In this document: positions 26,302-39,390 of the stretch, piece by piece
Layout of the letters: the number at the start of each line of letters is the position of its first letter
How positions within the stretch are numbered: position 1 is the first letter of the stretch
NCBI GenBank assembly: GCA_964016885.1
Contig: OZ024741.1
Coordinates: 225,246,001 to 225,310,000 of the forward strand
DNA from: Eledone cirrhosa
Lineage: Eukaryota
DNA: 64,000 nt
Direction of reading: 5' to 3'
Program-made: the position numbers and the translations under genes
Notes under the pieces: generated by a model
What the model was told of the DNA's origin: nothing
Seen by the model: the letters and a program-made list of their open reading frames with translations, nothing else
Database searches by the model: none

Positions 26302-28294
26302 CTAGTGCTACTGTTGTTGTTATTGTTGCTGTTGTTGTTGTTGCTAGAGCTACGGTTGTTTTTGTTATTGCTGTTGTTGTTGTTGTTAGTGCTACTGTTG
26401 TTGTTATTGCTGTTGTTGTTGTTGCTAGTGCTACTGTAGTTCTTATTGCTGTTGTTGTTGTTGTTGCTAGTGCTACTGTTGTTGTTATTGCTGTTGTTGT
26501 TGTTGCTAGTGCTACTGTTGTTGTTGTTGCTGTTGTTGTTGCTAGTGCTACTGTTGTTGTTATTGCTGTTGTTGTTGTTGCTAGTGCTACTGTTGTTGTT
26601 ATTGCTGTTGTTGTTGCTAGTGCTTCTGTTGTTGTTATTGCTGTTGTTGTTGTTGCTAGTGCTACTGTTGTTCTTATTGCTGTTGTTGTTGTTGCTAGTG
26701 CTACTGTTGTTGTTATTGCTGTTGTTGTTGTTGTTGCTAGTGCTACTGTTGTTGTTATTGCTGTTGTTGTTGTTGTTGTAGCTAGTGCTACTGTTTTTGT
26801 TATTGCTGTTGTTGTTGTTGTTGTTTCTAGTGCTACAGTGGTTGTTATTGCTGTTGTTGTAGCTAGGGCTACTGTTGTTGTTGTTGTTGTTTCTAGTGCT
26901 ACTGTTGTTGTTATTGCTGTTGTTGGTGTTGTTGCTAGTGCTACTGTTGTTGTTGTTGTTGCTGTTGTTGTTGCTAGTGCTACTGTTGTTGTTATTGCTG
27001 TTGTTGTTGTTGCTAGTGCTACTGTTGTTGTTATTGCTGTTGTTGTTGTTGCTAGTGCTACTGTTGTTGTTATTGCTGTTGTTGTTGTTGTTGCTAGTGC
27101 TACTGTTTTTCTTATTGCTGTTGTTGTTGTTGCTAGTGCTACTGTTGTTCTTATTGCTGTTGTTGTTGTTGTTGCTAGTGCTACTGTTGTTGTTATTGCT
27201 GTTGTTGTTGTTGTTGCTAGTGCTACTGTTGTTGTTATTGCTGTTGTTGTTGTTGCTAGTGCTACTGTTGTTGCTATTGCTGTTGTTGTTGTTGTTAGTG
27301 CTACTGTTGTTGTTAATGCTGTTGTTGTTGTTGTTGCTAGTGCTACTCTTGTTGTTATTGCTGTTGTTGTTGTTGTTGCTAGTGCTACTGTTGTTGTTAT
27401 TGCTGTTGTTGTTGTTGTTGTTGCTAGTGCTACTGTTGTTGTTATTGCTGTTGATGTTGTTGCTAGTGCTACTGTTGTTGTTAATGCTGTTGTTGTTGTT
27501 GTTAGTGCTACTGTTTTTGTTATTGCTGCTGTTGTTGCTAGTGCTACAGTTGTTGTTATTGCTGTTGTTGTTATTGCTGTTGTTGTTGTTGCTAGTGCTA
27601 CTGTTGTTGTTATTGCTGTTGTTGTTGTTGCTAGTGCTACTGTTGTTGTTATTGTTGTTGTTGTTGCTAGTGCTACTGTTGTTGTTATTGCTGTTGTTGT
27701 TGTTGCTAGTGCTACTGTTGTTGTTATTGCTGTTGTTGTTGTTGCTAGTGCTACTGTTGTTGTTATTGTTGTTGTTGTTGCTAGTGCTACTGTTGTTGTT
27801 ATTGCTGTTGTTGTTGTTGCTAGTGCTACTGTCGTTGTTATTGCTGTTGTTGTTGTTGCTAGTGCTACTGTTGTTGTTATTGCTGCTGTTGTTGTTGTTA
27901 GTGCTACTGTTGTTGATACTGCTGGTGTTGTTGTTGTTGCTAGTGCTACTGTTGTTGTTATTGCTGTTGTTGTTGTTGTTGTTGCTAGTGCTACTGTTGT
28001 TGTTATTGTTATTGCTGTTGTTGTTGTTGCTAGTGCTACTGTTGTTGTTATTGCTGTTGTTGTTGTTATTGCTGTTGTTGTTGTTGTTGTTGCTAGTGCT
28101 ACTCTATTTGTTATTGCTGTTGTTGTTGTTATTGCTGTTGTTGTTGTTGTTGTTGTTGCTAGTGCTACTGTTGTTGCTATTGCTGTTGTTGTTATTGCTT
28201 TTGTTGTTGTTGTTGTTGCTAGTGCTACTGTTGTTGCTATTGCTGTTGTTGTTGTTATTGCTGTTGTTGTTGTTGTTGTTGTTGTTAGTGCCTC

Positions 28295-28331
<37 letters not shown>

Positions 28332-29500
28332 GCTAGTGCTACTGTTGTTGTTATTGCTGTTGTTGTTGTTGCTAGTGCTACTGTTGTTGTTATTGCTGTT
28401 GTGGTTGTTGTTGCTAGTGCTTCTGTTGTTGTTGTTGTTGTTGTGTTTGTTGCTAGTGCTACTGTTGTTGTTATTGCTGTTGTTGTTGTTGTTGCTACTG
28501 CTACTGTTGTGGTTATTGCTGTTGTTGTTGCTAGTGCTACTGTTGTTGTTATTGCTGTTGTTGTTGTTGCTAGTGCTACTGTTGTTCTTATTGCTGTTGT
28601 TGTTGTTGCTAGTGCTACTGTTGTTGTTATTGTTGTTGTTGTTGTTGCTAGTGCTACTGTTGTTGTTATTGCTTTTGTTGTTGTTGTTGTTGCTAGTGCT
28701 ACTGTTGTTGTTATTGTTGTTGTTGTTGTTGTTGCTAGTGCTACTGTTGTTGTTATTGCTCTTGTTGTTGTTGTTGCTAGTGCTACTGTTGTTGTTATTG
28801 CTGTTTTTGTTGTTGTTGCTAGTGCTACTGTTGTTGTTATTGCTGTTGTTGTTGTTGTTGCTAGTGCTACTGTTGTTGTTATTGTTGTTGCTGTTGTTGT
28901 TGCTAGTGCTACTGTTGTTGTTATTGCTGTTGTTGTTGCTAGTTCTACTGTTGTTGTTATTGTTGTTGTCGTTGTTGTTGCTAGTGCTACTGTTGTTGTT
29001 ATTGCTGTTGTTGTTGTTGTTGCTAGTGCTACTGTTGTTGTTATTGCATTTGTTGTTGTTGTTGCTAGTGCTACTGTTGTTCTTATTGCTGTTGTTGTTG
29101 TTGTTGCTAGTGCTACTGTTGTTGTTATTGCTGTTGTTGTTGTTGCTAGTGCTACTTTTGCTGTTATTGCTGTTGTTGTTGCTAGTGCTACTGTTGTTGT
29201 TATTGCTGTTGTTGCTCTTGTTGTTGCTAGTGCTACTGTTGTTTTTATTGCTGTTGTTGCTGTTGTTGTTATTACAGCTGTTACTGGTGCTGTTGCTTTT
29301 GTTGTTACTGTTGTTGTTATTTTTGTTGTTGTTGTTGCTGTTGTTGTTATTGTTGTTGCTGTTCTTGTTGTTATTATTGTTGTCACTCTTGTTTTTGTTG
29401 TTTTTATTGCTACATTTGTTGATGATGTTGTTGATGATGTCATCGTGATCGTTATTTTTTTTGTCATGTCTGTAGTTGTTGTCATTGATGATGATGGTTG
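19640..29500. repeat. (GTT)n-based satellite, unit GCTAGTGCTACT(GTT)3ATTGCT(GTT)n, with a higher-order duplication
   Basis: About 10 kb of mostly 36-48-bp units. Variant markers recur at a ~4.6-kb offset. Confidence 0.97.
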
Positions 29501-29657
29501 TGGTAGTGGTGGCGGATTAATCCACAGATATGCGTACCCATAACGTAATTGCAGGGACATTCACCGTGTGACAAAGCGGACTATCTGAATTACAGGTATA
29601 GTCCATCTGCCGGGCGTTATTGGTTGAACTGAAGCTATATATATATATATATTTATA

Positions 29658-30543
29658 CGAGGTGTGTCACAAAAGTTCCAGGACTGATGTCACAAAAGAT
29701 TTATTTCAAATCCAAACTTCACACTAAGAATTTTCTGCTTCAAAGTAATCCCCCTGGAGTATGTAACTGTAATCTTAGCTCTCTTCAGCGATCAAACTTT
29801 TTTCTTCATAATTTTATATACATGTCCTCTGCTTCAGATCGTCAAGCAATGAGCACAGAGCAACGAACAAACTCCGCCAGAAGCACTGGGATTGCTGCAG
29901 CAAGTGTATGAAGATGAGACGATGTCACGCTCACGTGTTTTTGAGTGGTGCAAGAGGTTTAAAGAAGGACGCGAAGACGTGGAAGATGAACCCAGGAGCG
30001 GAAGGCCCTCAACAACCAGGACTAAGGTCAACGTTGAGAGCGTCAGGCAGATGGTGCGTAGCGATCATCGGGTGACTGTTCGACTGATGGCAAATGAGCT
30101 GGGCATGAATCGGGACAGCGTCTGGAAGATTCTCACTGAAGATTTTGACATGCGGAAAGTCACGCGAAGATGGTGCCAAAACTGCTGAACGATGACCAGA
30201 AGGGTCGACGCATACAAGTGTGCCAGGACATCCTCGAGCGTCTTAAAACCGAACCAGATTTGCTAGGGACAGTCATCACCGGTGATGAGTCATGGATCTT
30301 CGAGTACGACCCGGAGGGGATCCGTTTTGAAGACGTGGACGACATCAAAAAGGCCGTGACGACGGAACTGCGGAGGATCCCGGAAGAATCCTTCCAGGTG
30401 TGCATGCAAGCGTGGCAGAAAAGAATGGAAAAGTGCATTAGACTCCCGGGGATTACTTTGAAGGAGAAAACTCTTAGTGTGAAGTTTGGGTTTGAAATAA
30501 ATCTTTTGTGACATCAGTCCTGGAACTTTTCTGAAACACTTCG
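29658..30543 (+). mobile_element. Internally deleted mariner transposon with ~100-bp TIRs and TA target duplication
   Basis: TA|CGAGGTGTG...ACACTTCG|TA. HTH region VFEWCKRFKEGREDVEDEPRSGRP, then MVPKLL. TGDESWIFEYDPE is joined directly to the C-terminal GIRFEDV..WQKRMEKC. Confidence 0.95.
29892..30511 (+). pseudogene. Mariner transposase remnant (frameshifted, most of the catalytic domain deleted)
   Basis: Two ORFs, 29892-30188 and 30170-30511. Only the first catalytic Asp is retained. Confidence 0.9.
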
Positions 30544-30758
30544 TATATATAAAATTGTAGGTTTCAAGAACATTCAGATAAAATATATCCAATTTTTCTT
30601 CTCCCTAGTCCGTAGAAATAAACTAGATAAATAATCATTTAAACGGAGCTAAGTTTAAAATGTAAGTTTGAAGAAAAAATGCATATAAATTTTACCAAAA
30701 TTGTTCTAGTCCCGACTATCGATATTTTCGCTCGTACTTTGTGGATATATCCAATCCT

Positions 30759-30948
<190 letters not shown>

Positions 30949-30979
30949 GTATATATATATATATATGTATATATATATG

Positions 30980-31025
<46 letters not shown>

Positions 31026-31137
31026 TTGTAATAAAATGAAAACGAAATTTCATTTCTCACTCTTAGTACGGCACTTACTTAAATGTAAGTATGTATGTAT
31101 ACGTACATACATATATGTATACAGACGTACAGTAGCA

Positions 31138-31191
<54 letters not shown>

Positions 31192-31313
31192 CATACAGGT
31201 ACACATACATATATGTACGCATCAGTTTAACGGACGCTTATTATAGCGCCCGCTTTGTTCGTTTGTAAACAAACTGAACAGCCTGAATTTATGCCGCACG
31301 GTGTACCTGTATG

Positions 31314-31354
<41 letters not shown>

Positions 31355-31629
31355 GCATGCTACTGTACGTCTGTATACATATATGTATGTACGTATACAT
31401 ACATACTTACATATATATATATATATATTGTTATACTTGGGGAGGGTCATATTTGTGTAATATTGCCAGAATTAATAACAGAACACACTCACTGTTATCA
31501 GATAGGGTGAGGTAAGATACCAGTGTACTCGATACTTGGGGTAGTAGAGTTGGGTAGTTTTTAAGATATTTTGCTTAGATATGTTTGCCTTTTTGTTTTG
31601 ACTGCATGGCATGCTCATATATGGACTGT

Positions 31630-31725
31630 ATCCCTTCATAAGTTCAGCTAGATTCCTGCCGTCCTAATACAGATGGCTTCGTTCGGATCTAGCTGTCGAA
31701 ACGGCCGGAGCTCAGCCGTCGGGGT
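31630..31725 (+). ncRNA. U3:A8 hammerhead with G5C lesion and extended stem II
   Basis: atccc-TTCATAA-gtt-cagctagat...atctagctg-tc-GAAACggc-cggagctca-gccGTC-ggggt. The 3' half recurs at 62467-62500 and 62795-62919. Confidence 0.7.
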
Positions 31726-31814
31726 CTTGAATTTTTTACACATAAACACACACACACACACGCACACACACACATACACACACACACACGCACGCACGCA
31801 CACACGCACGCACG

Positions 31815-31928
<114 letters not shown>

Positions 31929-32119
31929 CACACATACACACACACATACACATATATATATAATCCTTATCGGGCCCTCCTCGTCTGTTTCTCGTTGGGT
32001 TGTACTCCAGATTTAAGGCGGCTATAGTTTGAAGAGTGTATATATAGGGTGACAATAGGAAGTCAGATTATGAGCTTGTTATGAAATTTTATAGCATATG
32101 TGACGACCCATGTAAACTC

Positions 32120-32206
32120 GCCTATCTGAGGAGATGTCGTTTAAAAGACGGGAGCTGATTGCCTGATCAAATTGAACTGATCGATATCGAAACAGTTGTA
32201 ATATGC
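32120..32206 (+). ncRNA. Type I hammerhead motif in an island with inverted ends (32054-32099 / 32201-32246)
   Basis: gcctat-CTGAGGA-gatgtcg...cgatatc-GAAAC-agtt-GTA-atatgc. Confidence 0.75.
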
Positions 32207-32254
32207 AATAAAGTTTCATAAAAAGCTGCAAATCTGACTTCCTATTCTCTCTCT

Positions 32255-32305
<51 letters not shown>

Positions 32306-32312
32306 TCTCTCT

Positions 32313-32372
<60 letters not shown>

Positions 32373-32380
<8 letters not shown>

Positions 32381-33075
32381 AAATAGGATTTCGCTTCAAG
32401 CATAGCTTTATACAATATGTATAAATATTTCGCATCTCCAAAGAAATACGGTTTTAGGAAGCCGTAGCTATGCAAATGGTGATGTCCAGCAGAAGCAAGA
32501 GGGACAACCGTCTATGCTTCTCAGGCTTAACTGGCCTTCGTCAGGACGGTTCTTCCCACCGCTTGCGACTGCTGGACTAGAAGACAGGCGAGAATATATA
32601 CATTTCTCGTCTGTGTAAATGAGGTGATTAATCTCATTTGCATATGAAGCTGCATAAGTTAGCTCAACTTATAATAAAAAAGAAATAGGACATCACCAGA
32701 GGGCGTTAGCCCCCGGTGTTTGCTTAGCTACGGCTTCCTAAAACCGTATTTCTTTGGAGATACGAAATATTTATACATATTGTATAAAGCTATGCTTGAA
32801 GCGAAATCCTATTTCTTTTATATTATAAGTTGAGCCAACTTATGCAGCTTCATATGCAAATGAGATTAATCACCTCATTTACACAGATGAGAAATGTATA
32901 TATTCTCGCCTGTCTTCTAGACCAGCAGTCGCAAGCGGTGGGAGGGACCGTCCTGAAATACATAGACGGTTGTCCCCCTTGCTTCTGCTAGACATCACCA
33001 GAGGGCGTTAGCCTCCCGGTGTTTGCATAACTACGGCTTCCTGAAACCGTATTTCTTTGGAGATACAAAATATTT

Positions 33076-33080
<5 letters not shown>
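32373..33080. mobile_element. Tandem plus inverted array of a ~300-325-bp HHR-bearing unit
   Basis: GACATCACCAGAGGGCGTTAGC occurs at 32689 and 32991 (period 302). 32373-32690 consists of inverted pieces. Decayed HHR at 32506-32551 (-): accgtc-CTGACGA-aggc..gcct-GAGAAGCATA-gacggt. Confidence 0.75.
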
Positions 33081-33133
<53 letters not shown>

Positions 33134-33718
33134 ACGTACATACATATATGTATACATACGTACAGTAGTATGTATATATATATACACACATGCACACATA
33201 TATGCACGTATCGGTTTACCGAACATTTATTATAATGCTCGGTTTGTTTGTTTGTAAACAAACAAACAGCCCGAATTACGGTGTGCCAGGCCGACTAAAC
33301 TCACTCGATATGCAAATTAGGCTGCTCAGCCGTTAATATGAATGAGGAAAGTATATACTTTCAGACGTTCAACCATCTGGCAGGAAGGTATACGATGCTG
33401 ACGATAGCTAATAAGCTTGAAACTATTTCCTGTGTCAGTGTTGAACAAAAAGGTGACGTGGTTGCCTAAACACTGTACGGCGTAATTCGGGCTGTTTGTT
33501 TGTTTACAAACAAACAAACCGAGCATTATAATAAATGTTCGGTAAACCGATACGTGGATATATATATGTGTGTATATATATACATACTACTGTACGTCTG
33601 TATACATATATGTATGTACGTATACATACATACATACTCACATTTAAGTAAGTGCCGTACTAAGAGTGAGAAATGAAATTTCGTTTCATTCTATTCCATT
33701 TATATATATATATATATA

Positions 33719-34421
33719 AATACAAATATAAATTATCGAGAATCGAATTTCGGCCCACGAAATAATGAAAAACAACCTTCGAGATGTGTGGCAAGTGCTC
33801 AATGATTCAGATGAACCAGAACTATAACAAACGTTAAAGGCCAAACACACTGAGACGATGGTTAAACAATCATTCGCATAGCCAAAAAAACGATCAAGTA
33901 ATTCGGGTCAAACAAATAAAAAATATCTGTGATTGAAAATTTACCCGGACCCCTGGAAGGTTGGTAAAATTCAGCATTTGGGTTTCTGCGGCTCCTAAAT
34001 CAAGTACTGTCCGCTTACATAAATAATGTTAGGCTTCTGGTAAGATGATTGAACAAGGAAGCCACTTTCTCAACAGGTTTTAGTTCAATGTTAATACAAG
34101 GACTGACTATTGCTGACTCCACGTGGGGATCGGCAAGGGAGGCAACCCCTATATCAGGCGAATGAATTCAGTTGTGTATATTATTGCAAGAATGCAAAAA
34201 CATCACAAATCGAATAGAGTTCTCAACAGAAGGGTTAAAATGAACATAAGCTATTCAACAGTCAATAGAATCAACTAAAAAATCAAGAAAATTAACTGGT
34301 CAATAGCTAGAGTCTGGAGATTAATACAAAGATAAATTACCGAGAATCGCATTTCGGCCCACGAATAACGAAAAACAACCTCCGAGATGTGTGGCAAGTG
34401 CTCAATGATTCAGATGAACCA
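33719..34421. repeat. ~100-bp direct repeats 604 bp apart, bounded by (TA)n
   Basis: 33719-33818 matches 34323-34421. Confidence 0.85.
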
Positions 34422-34504
34422 AACCAGAGTTATAACAAATTTCATATATATATATATATATGAAATATGAAATTTGAAATGTGCGCATCCCAACACTACT
34501 GACC

Positions 34505-34678
34505 ATAATAATTCTACTTTTGACACAAGGTCAGCAATTATCCCAGTTCATTACTGCTCCTTTATTTCATCGACCCCGTAAGGATGAAAGGCAAAGTTAA
34601 CCTCAGCGGGATTTGAACTCAGAGCGTAAAGGGACGTAACTCTATGGTACAAAGCAAGGCATCCGACCTTCTACCGAT
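34505..34678 (-). mobile_element. tRNA-derived SINE, diverged
   Basis: Family core CGACCCCGTAAGGATGAAAGGCAAAG and B-box GATTTGAAC. Confidence 0.85.
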
Positions 34679-35342
34679 AATATACCATCATTATAAATGA
34701 TAGCTGGCGACGAAAAATCATGGTTAGAGGTACGTGTGAGGAATGGAAACCAGCATCTCATGGATGTAAGGCGAGTGTGGTTAACCACTACACAAAAGAG
34801 TCGCAAGCCAACAATTCAGTCATTTTTGGAAGATTTTAAAATTTCAAATGACTTAGAAGTACAATACCTAGGATGAAATAAGCAATATTTTTACTATATG
34901 TATGTATGTATATATATATATATTACTAAAATTCTGCGATTGCTTGCTTGCTTGTTTGCTTGTCTGTAATGTAATACAGCCAAAAGGGCGCATAATGGGA
35001 AAATACTTTGAAAGGAAACTGCCCCTGAAATGGGAATACAAATGGAATAAAACAAGTTTCACGTAAATGGAAGCAATTGTTCCCGAGATATGGGTATCTT
35101 TATAAACAGAGAGAAGGATAGAGAGAAAGAGATAGTGGTTGTGAGAGAGTAGATTGGAAGAGAGACACAGAGAGAGGGAGAGGAGAAAGAGAGGGAGTAT
35201 GGAAGAGAGAGAGCTGGTGGTGTTGTTGTGTATATATATATATGTGAGTGTGTGTGTGTATATATATATATATATACGTGTGTGCCTATATGTGTGTGTG
35301 TCTATGACCAGTGTATATAGAACACAAACACCCCCATATATA

Positions 35343-35373
<31 letters not shown>

Positions 35374-35496
35374 GTATACACATATATATATATGGGCCTT
35401 CCAGTTTCATTTCCCATTATATACATGTCTGTGTATATTTTAATTATTTAAAAATTATTTTAAAGTGAACATGACCCTCGGGTCACAGGTGGCCTA

Positions 35497-35553
<57 letters not shown>

Positions 35554-35595
35554 GTTTAGCGAGGTTTTTTATATGAAATCGTGTGTCGAAACAAA

Positions 35596-36055
35596 TATTG
35601 TTATACTTGGGGAGGGTCATATTTGTGTAATATTGCCAGAATTAATAACAGAACACACTCACTGTTTGGTTGGTTTTCGCTTCTCGCTGTCTTTTATATC
35701 CGCGATCTAACTTAATCGGTCCTCAATGTTGCCATTGACTGACCGACGGTCAAAAATAATACAGATACGATATAGACACAAACACATATATATAGTTTAC
35801 ATAATTTACATAAATCTTTCGTTGCACATCTGCAACATCGTCATTTATGTAAATTATGTAAACTATATATATGTGTTTGTGTCTATATTGTATCTGTATT
35901 ATTTTTGACCGTCGGTCAGTCAATGGCAACATTGAGGACCGATTAAGTTAGATCGCAGATATAAAAGACAGCGAGAAGCGAAAACCAACCAAACAGTGAG
36001 TGTGTTCTGTTATTAATTCTGGCAATATTACACAAATATGACCCTCCCCAAGTAT

Positions 36056-36062
<7 letters not shown>
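35596..36062. repeat. Near-perfect palindrome with ~220-bp arms
   Basis: Mirror ORFs MLPLTDRRSK at 35726 (+) and 35932 (-). The arm end is shared with 31426-31497. Confidence 0.95.
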
Positions 36063-36104
<42 letters not shown>

Positions 36105-36242
36105 GGTGTTTGTGTTCTATATACACTGGTCATAGACACACAAACATATAAGTATAACAAATTCAGAAACGAAATATATATATATATAAATAAAATAAAA
36201 TAACAGGAGGCTGGACTGGTGTAAATCCTTGAAAGGTTTATT

Positions 36243-36300
36243 ATACTATGATCATTTCAATGACCGGGTTCCATATGAATCCAGTGATATCATCAGGTAT
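36243..36300 (-). ncRNA. Type I hammerhead ribozyme motif
   Basis: atac-CTGATGA-tatc-actgg...ccggt-catt-GAAAT-gatc-ATA-gtat, ~55 nt from a (TA)n. Confidence 0.8.
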
Positions 36301-39300
36301 TGGAATATAACAAAGGAATATGTAAAAAACCATGGGTCCGAAAAATCAGAGACAGAGACAAAGAGGACGACTGACCAACTAGCTGCTCGGCCAGTCGCCC
36401 TCAAAATGGTGGTAACTGAATCTACTAATGAACATCTGGTGAGGGGGCGAAGGCTTATAATGCACTACCACCTCTCCGTCAAAGAAAAAGGGGAAGAAAG
36501 AAAGGGAGAAAGAAGTCAGCATAAGGGTCACACTACATTCATGCTAGAAAATGCCGCGAAAAAATGCTACTTCAAAGAATCTATAACGGGTGTCTGTATG
36601 GTCTAATGTGTGAACCGAAGATTGGAACGTTAAACTTATGTTGCGAGTTATAGGATGAAATTAAATTAAATTAAAAATATTAAATTGCAAAACGATAAAT
36701 TGAAAAATAAGTTATTAGAGAATTAAAGGTTAAGGTAGCGAGATTTATTTAATGAACTTACGGAGAGAGTCTTATATTAACAAATTTATTTCGATAAGAT
36801 ATTAGGATGGGATATAGAGTAAAGATTTCGATTGGGAGTCCCCCCCCATCATGAGTCAGCCAGTCTCAAGTGGTATCGTCCAGCGAAAGGAATGGAAATT
36901 AATTTTTCCAAGTACTCTAGGAACGTAGCTACCTTAGGCTCCGGGACCGCTAGCGGGAACTCCACAATTTCGACAGGCCATCGTCTATACCAAACGAATA
37001 CTATTAAATCCCACATGAGGGGTTTATTTACGTGCCAGTAGAGGCATGATACAGCTAATAGTTATGCCTAAACCTGGAGTTTATAGGTATAAGTATAATA
37101 TGGCGGCCAAAACAGGCGGCGCGGTGGGACCGGGGCAAAGGAAGCCGTTCCGAGTAATTTCGTTTACCGAAAGAGGAGAAGTCTATTTTTCCGAGCACTC
37201 AAGGAAGGCTGAACTTTCCGAGTGCCCAGCGCGCAGCCGGGAAAAGCCACCACACAAGTCGAAGGTAGCAACCCCATGAAAAGTGCAAAAAGACCAAAAT
37301 TATTTTAAAGTCCCAGTTAGTCCGGGTTATAAGTAGTGTGGTTCTTAGGTGGGTAGGGGTCTATAAAAGGTGCATAATGACCTGAGTAAGAAAAGTTACA
37401 AAAAATAATAAAAGCAGGATACAAAGATAAAATACAAATATAAAGATAGAATACATTGATAAAAATACATTAATAAAATAATAAAAAATAAAAAAATATA
37501 AAACAAAATACATTAATGAAATAATAAAAAAATTAATAAAGGTAAATAAGAATCAATATTGATCAAGTTGTAGTAAGATAATACAGGTTGTACATATAGA
37601 TATAGAGGATGAAGGAGATGTATATAGTAGATATATATTAATAAAAGGAATTCCAACTTTGTCTGATTTACTCGTTTTATTTACAATCCTTTAAAATTAT
37701 AATGATATTATAGTATGGTAGAATATTAAATGTTAAGTGTTAATAGAACAAGTACTTTCATGTTTTTGCAATCTTCAGGGTCATATTCTGTGGTGACAGT
37801 CAAGTTTGCAATTTTCAACTGTAATGAGATGGGTAAATTGTGTACCTTATATACAGTGAAAAGTGGCTAAAGAATGCTAGGTTTTGCAAACTGTATTTCG
37901 ACCAATCGGTGTGTAGTTTCACTGGATTACTAAAGCTGATTGGTTTAGGCGTCACGGTTGGTTGAGCATGTCTAACGACTTCTATATCATCACCATCAAC
38001 ATCACTTTTAGTATTAATATTGTTGTTGTTGTTAGTGGTGGTAGTCGACATGGTCGTAGGCGTAGTCATAGTAGGAGTAATACCCCTAAGCATTATTATT
38101 GTTCATTTAGCTTGGGTTGGAATTTATCAATAAAATTCTTTTCTTTAATTTTTCTCTTGATTTCACTTGGGCTGTGTAATTTGTAGAATGGAAATATTAT
38201 GAATATTTTCTGACCACATGTTGCTAGATAGTTACTCAGGGGTATCTGACGGACATTTGGGTCTCTGATTTGCTGTCGGTGCACCCGTGCACGTTCCGAT
38301 AGTGCATTTCCAGTTTGACCGACATATAGTTCTTCACAATTCGGGCATTTAATGCAGTAAATTAGATTTCTGATTTGCAGTTCATATTTGCATTTGGGAA
38401 TATTTTTCCAGTTTTTGTGTTCATATATTGACCGGTGCGTATGGATTGACATGTGCCACATCGACTATCATTGCATTTAGATACAGTGAATGATTGGTCT
38501 TTGTTGTTAAGGTCAAACTTTGCCTTTGTTAGTAATTACTTCCAATTTTTCGGCTGTCTTTTACTAAGAGTCAAAGATCGGTCTGTGATTAAGCCTTTTA
38601 ATTCATTACTTTGAGCAATGATCGGTAGGTTTGCTTTGGCAGTGTTGAAGATATTCTGGTGACATGGGTTGTGTGTCATTATAAATGGTATGACCAGTTC
38701 TTGGTTTCTTCTTCCTTGGGTTGTCCTAAGTTGTTGTATAGGTATTTTTATAGCCCGCTGTATGCTATTTTCTATAAGTAGAGATGGGTATTTTTGTTTG
38801 AGCAAAAATTCTCTCAGTTCTGTTAGGCGTTTGTTCCTGGTATTCCTATATTCTACAATGGTACAAATTCTTCTGGTTAGGCAGTATGGGATATTGCGTT
38901 TTGTATGAGGTGGATGGCATGACTTAAAATTCAAATATTGATGGGTGTCTGTGTGTTTATAATATATATCTGTGGTAATGTTGGTGTCGTTTTTGATTAC
39001 CATTATATCTAGGAATGGTAATTTGGTACTGCTCATCTCTTTTGTGAATTGGAGAGATGGGTGTAGGTTATTCAGGAGGTATTGAACTCATCCAGAATAT
39101 CTAGAGATTCTGTCCAGATGATGAAACAGTCGTCAAGGTATCTCTTCCAACACTTTTCAATCTATTTTCTAAAGTCAGTACTATATTTTTGCTCTATTTC
39201 TTGGTAGAGTTGTTGTTCTAAGTATCCCATTACAGATTTCGCGTAAACGGGAGCAAACTTCGTTCCCATCGCTGTGCCTCTAATTTGGATGTAATTCTTT

Positions 39301-39390
39301 CCATGAAGAAGAAAGTGTTGTTTTTCAGAATAAGTTTGACTGCGTCTAATATAAATGGCGCTGTGAATCTAGTGGGAATCACTTCTCTAT

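Noticed and set aside
34720-34805. tRNA gene on minus (also the T-arm-like fragment at 8530-8570)
   Set aside because: The cloverleaf and B-box are degenerate or incomplete. These are likely SINE heads or pseudo-tRNAs.
36229-36606. 125-aa ORF, plus the 1992-2447 (+) ORF, as host exons
   Set aside because: No recognisable domains. They are antisense to an HHR element and to the CRE-like fragment respectively.
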